DNA of 64,000 nt from Antechinus flavipes (taxonomy: Eukaryota): the NCBI RefSeq assembly GCF_016432865.1, contig NC_067401.1, positions 10,912,001 through 10,976,000 of the forward strand. Reading direction: 5' to 3'. The notes beneath the pieces were generated by a model. The model did not search any database, was not told where the DNA came from, and saw only the letters and a program-made list of their open reading frames with translations. The position numbers and the translations under genes were made by a program. Of this stretch, positions 60,201 to 64,000 are shown piece by piece (position 1 is the first letter of the stretch; the number at the start of each line of letters is the position of its first letter).

Positions 60201-63200
60201 GGAAAGAAGGTGGAGGAAAAAAAAGAGGTGCCGGGAAGAGGGAGTGGGAGGGGCTGAAGTGGACGAGCCAAAGAGCTGTTGACGGTGACCCGGGACCCAG
60301 CTGAGGGACCGGAGGCGAGTCTGGGGGCTGTCCTGGGGAGGTCGGGGAGACCCAGGCCCGGTCACAAAGCCCACATCTTGGTCCCCCCCCAAGGGTGCTT
60401 TGGGCACTTTGGGACATCAGGAGTGTCCTGCTCTTGTGCTGAGGGTGGGAGCGGCCCCGGGGGCTGATGGGGTTTTACTGGAAAGTTTGGCTTGGACAGA
60501 CTCGGGAAGAGACAGGAGACGTTGCCGTCAGAGGTGATGGCGGCGGAGCAGGGGCCGAAGCTTTGGCAGGCGGTGGGGGGCTTGGTTCCTGAAGGATGCT
60601 CCCGACGCGGGCGAGAAGGGGACGAGGGGTCGGTCCTCCCTTCGGGCGAGGTCCCTCACGCTGGGCAGAGGGACTGTTCCCCGAGTCCTCCCCCTCCCTC
60701 CTCTTCCCGAGAACGGCTCCTCCCCCTCCGGGACCAGGACGGGGGCGTTTCCCCTAGGAGAAAAGTTCGCCTGCTTTAACCGTGTTCCGGTCAGTCTCGG
60801 TGAGACCGTGGGCAAAATCTCTCACGAGAACCCAAGGCGGCTTCTCTGCCCTGTCCTGGAGAAAGCCACGGTCTGCGTGCGGAAAGGGGGGGGGGGTCCT
60901 GGCTGGCAGGTCCGTCCTCCGGCCCCAAGCAGGGAGCCAGCCAGGAGGCCCGAGCCCCCCCCCTGTACCCCCCCCTGTGCCCCTCCAGGGCCGCTCCCTA
61001 AGCCTGGGACCACGAGGGGCTGCGCGGGGAATCCCCCCCGGGAGGGCCTGAGACCCCCGAAATCAGCAGAAATACAGAGGATGGCTCCCTGGAGGTTTGA
61101 GGCTCACAAAGCCCGTTTCCTGCCCAGGCGGCGGCCGCAGGAGGGCAGCGCTGCGGGCGTTTGCCCCGTTTCCCAGCGAGCAGGCGTGGAGCGGTCGGGT
61201 GGGTGCCCGGAGGGGCGGCCCCCAGCCCAGCGCGTGCCCGCTGTGCCCACGGCCTCTCAGCAGCCCCTGCGGACCTGCTCCGGGGGGAGCCAGAGAAGGA
61301 TGCGGGGGAAGGACCCCGAGGCCTTCAAGGATTTCTGTCGTGTCCAGTGCAGAGAACCCCGGGGGGGGGGCGCCCCCTGCCCGCACCAAGGTCTGCGCGC
61401 CTGGGAGTCCCGGAGGCTCTGACTCGGGGCGGCTGCGACTGGCCCGGGACCCTCAGTCAGCCCAAGCCCAGGCCCCCGATGGGCGGGACCCTCTGCCCCG
61501 TCACAGCCTCCTCGGGCCCCACGGGGACGGCCCCGGGACTGGATTCGGGGAAGGGAACGGCCGGGCCTGATGCCAGGAAGGAGCCAGGGACAGGCGCAGG
61601 AGACAACATGGGCTCGAGAGCTCCTCCGGCCTTACCGGCTTCCCCTTGGGCCGTGAGCCTCACCTGCAGTGGGGGCAGCCGGGAGGTCTCTGCGAGCGGG
61701 AGCCGGAGCGTGGGGCGGGGGCCGAGGCAGGAGCCGGGGGGAGAGGGGGGGTCAGAACGGGCCCGTTTGTCCGGCGCCGGCTCGCGGTGGGTAAATATTT
61801 GCCAGGGGGCTGGAACGGAGCGGCCGGTCCCGGGCTGGGGGTGATGGGCAGGAAGGAAGGAGGCGCCCCCCTGCGGAGAGACAAGAGGCATCGGTCCCAG
61901 TGGGGGCCGCTCGGGGGGGGGGGGGAGCAGAGGCCACGGCAGCCCCAGAGCCGGACGGGACCTCCCAGAGGCTCGGGACCAAGCGCCCGCCTGAGGGCCT
62001 GGGGAGGGCGCCCGCCTCGGTCAGCCCGGGGGGAGGGGGCGGGGGGCTCCGTCCGCAGATTTGGCCGAGCCCCCAGGAGCGTGAGGGTCACAGGCGGCCG
62101 AGAGCACTTCCTCCCCCCGACCGAGCCTGTGCCAGCGGCGAGAGGGAAGTGGGCCCCCCCGTGGGCCGGGCCTCCCGCCCTGCGCGCCGCCCACCTCGGC
62201 CCCTCAGCCCCCGTCCCCGGGCTTCCTCCGGCTTCTCCCACGTCGGCCCAAAGCGGAGGCGTCAGCCACGTCACAAGCACTGATTAGGCGCCTGCTGTAT
62301 GCCGGGTGTCGCGCAGAGAGCCGGGGACACCGGGACAGGGCGTCCCCGCCGACCGAGCATCTCCGGGCTCTGGGGAAACGACCGGAGGCAAAAACTTGGG
62401 TGACGGGAAGCCTCTGAGACGTGGGGGGGGGGGGGGGGGGGTAAATGACCCGGCCAGAATCGTGGGACTGAAGGCGGGAACCTGAGGTTACATTTGAACT
62501 CGGGGCCTCCCGGCTCCGGGCCGTGCTCTGCCCCCTCCCCCCTTCTCCTCCCCCCCCCTCTCTCTCTCTCGATCTCGGCCTCTCCTTCCCCAGTTGAAAT
62601 CGCAGATGAGGGAACGAAGGCAAACAGGGTTCGGCGACTTGCCCGAGTTGGCCCGTCCGGTGTCTGCCCCCGTGTCTCTGACGGGCCTGGGTTAGGGTCT
62701 CTGTGGGCGGGTCCCGGTGCTGCCCCCCCCCCTCCCCCACGTGGCTGCCCCCTCCCCCCGGGGTTCCTGGGGCTCCTGGCGAAGGCCCTTCCCCGAGCCC
62801 CGGATCCTCGCCAGCGGCGATCTCTCTCCTGGCCGCTTGGGGCGCGGGGAGGAGGGACCGAAAGGGCACCAGGAGGACGGGGCAGATGGTGCCGGGGCTG
62901 GCGGGGGATGGCAGAGGGCAACCCCGCGGGGGCGCTGAGGGGGCAACAGCCACTGCCATGGAAAACACCCAGGGTGGGAGGGGGCAGGGGAGGAGTGCCG
63001 GCTGCCTTCTGGTGCCGGGCGGGGGCAGCTTCGTTCTGGGAAGTCCCTGGCCCCCTGACCCTGCCCCTCTCACCCCCCTGCCCCCTTCATCCCTGACCCC
63101 TCACCCCTGACCCCCTCACTCTGACCCCCTTACCCCTGACCCCACTAACCGCCTCCCACTTGCTCTCAGGGTGGTGAAGGAAGAGATCTCGGACGATAAC

Positions 63201-63535
63201 GCGCGGCTCCCGTGTTTCAATGGCCGGGTGGTGTCCTGGGTAAGGAGCCCGAGCCCCGCCCGCCCTTCCCCTGGTGCCCGTCTCTCGCCCCGGCCTCCCT
63301 TCCCCCCGGGCCGCTCCCTTCTCCCAGGGTCCCCTGCAGCCGGGACGGCCGCTCTCCTTGGGGGAATCTCCCCCCCGAGCCCCGGTGACCTTTGGGCCCC
63401 TGCTCTGTCTCCCCCCTCCCATCAGATTTAAAGCCCGGCCCCGCCCCGCAGACCCTCCCCCATTTTACAGATGAGGGAACTGAGGCTCGCCCCAAGCCTC
63501 GGCCCCGCCCCTCAATAAGCCGCCTTCTCTCTCTC

Positions 63536-63597
<62 letters not shown>

Positions 63598-63955
63598 CGC
63601 CGGCTCCGCCCAGCTGGTGTCGGCCGAGGGCTCGCACCCCGAGCCCAGCTCCTTCTGCCCCGACAATCCCTCCGAGCTGCCGCCCCCCATGGAGCGCACC
63701 GGTGGCATCGGCGACTCCCGGCCCCCCTCCTTCCAGTGAGTACGGGGCAGGCCGGGGGAGGGGCAGGGCCCCGGGGCAAAGGGACCCCGGCCAGCAGGGG
63801 GCACCCTCGGCTTCCCGGCCCCCAACACCTCCCTCTGCCCCGCAGCCCTCACACCGGTGGGGGGAGCCAGGAGAACCTGGACAATGACACGGAGACCGAT
63901 TCCCTGGTGTCCGCGCAGCAGGAACGGCCCCGGCGGAGGGATGGGCCAGAGCACG
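57243..63955 (+). CDS. DVL3: Dishevelled-3, exons 1-4 (DIX domain and following region; gene continues beyond the window)
   Basis: Exons 57243-57403, 63170-63239, 63614-63735, 63846-63955, in phase: [97 protein letters not shown]. The sequence is DVL3-specific and the EIF2B5 synteny agrees. Confidence 0.97.
58047..58858. other. Assembly gap (N run) in DVL3 intron 1
   Basis: Run of N. Confidence 0.99.
59924..60165 (+). repeat. 20 bp minisatellite (ggtgggagcacccgggacca), 11 full units plus partials, in DVL3 intron 1
   Basis: Exact 20 bp period over 59941-60160, with variant units such as ggtgggagcgtccgggacaa. Confidence 0.97.
63524..63595 (+). repeat. (CT)n microsatellite just upstream of the DVL3 exon 3 acceptor
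   Basis: Seen directly. Confidence 0.95.
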
Positions 63956-64000
63956 GTGCGTACCCCCTGCCCCCCCCCCCCCCCCGGGGGCCCTGCCCGG

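Noticed and set aside
63050-63150. Interstitial telomere variant repeats (CCCTGA/CCCTCA)
   Set aside because: The period is 14-15 bp, not tandem hexamers, and there is no CCCTAA array.

Overview
Eukaryotic genomic DNA from an Australian marsupial, probably a dasyurid. This is inferred from WSINE1-, MAR1-, BovB/RTE- and marsupial L1-type repeats recognised from memory; no database was searched. The window follows the eutherian 3q27 order HTR3C/D/E cluster - EIF2B5 - DVL3, all on the + strand. It holds two tandem HTR3C/E-like 5-HT3 receptor subunit genes: copy 1 has exons 2-9 intact and exon 1 unresolved, and copy 2 is complete (9 exons, 445 aa). About 20 kb of repeat-rich intergenic DNA follows, then a complete 16-exon EIF2B5 (720 aa) and DVL3 exons 1-4. 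DNA is AT-rich up to about 45.2 kb, apart from a GC island over the 3' end of HTR3 copy 2, and then turns abruptly very GC/CpG-rich. The best leads are a decayed Ty3/Gypsy pol fossil between the HTR3 paralogs, signs of GC-biased substitution in old repeats and codons, a probable L1 3' transduction, an LTR element with non-standard termini, and Leu at the EIF2B5 site equivalent to human R113. Exon boundaries were checked by hand; repeat boundaries are approximate. There are three N gaps.
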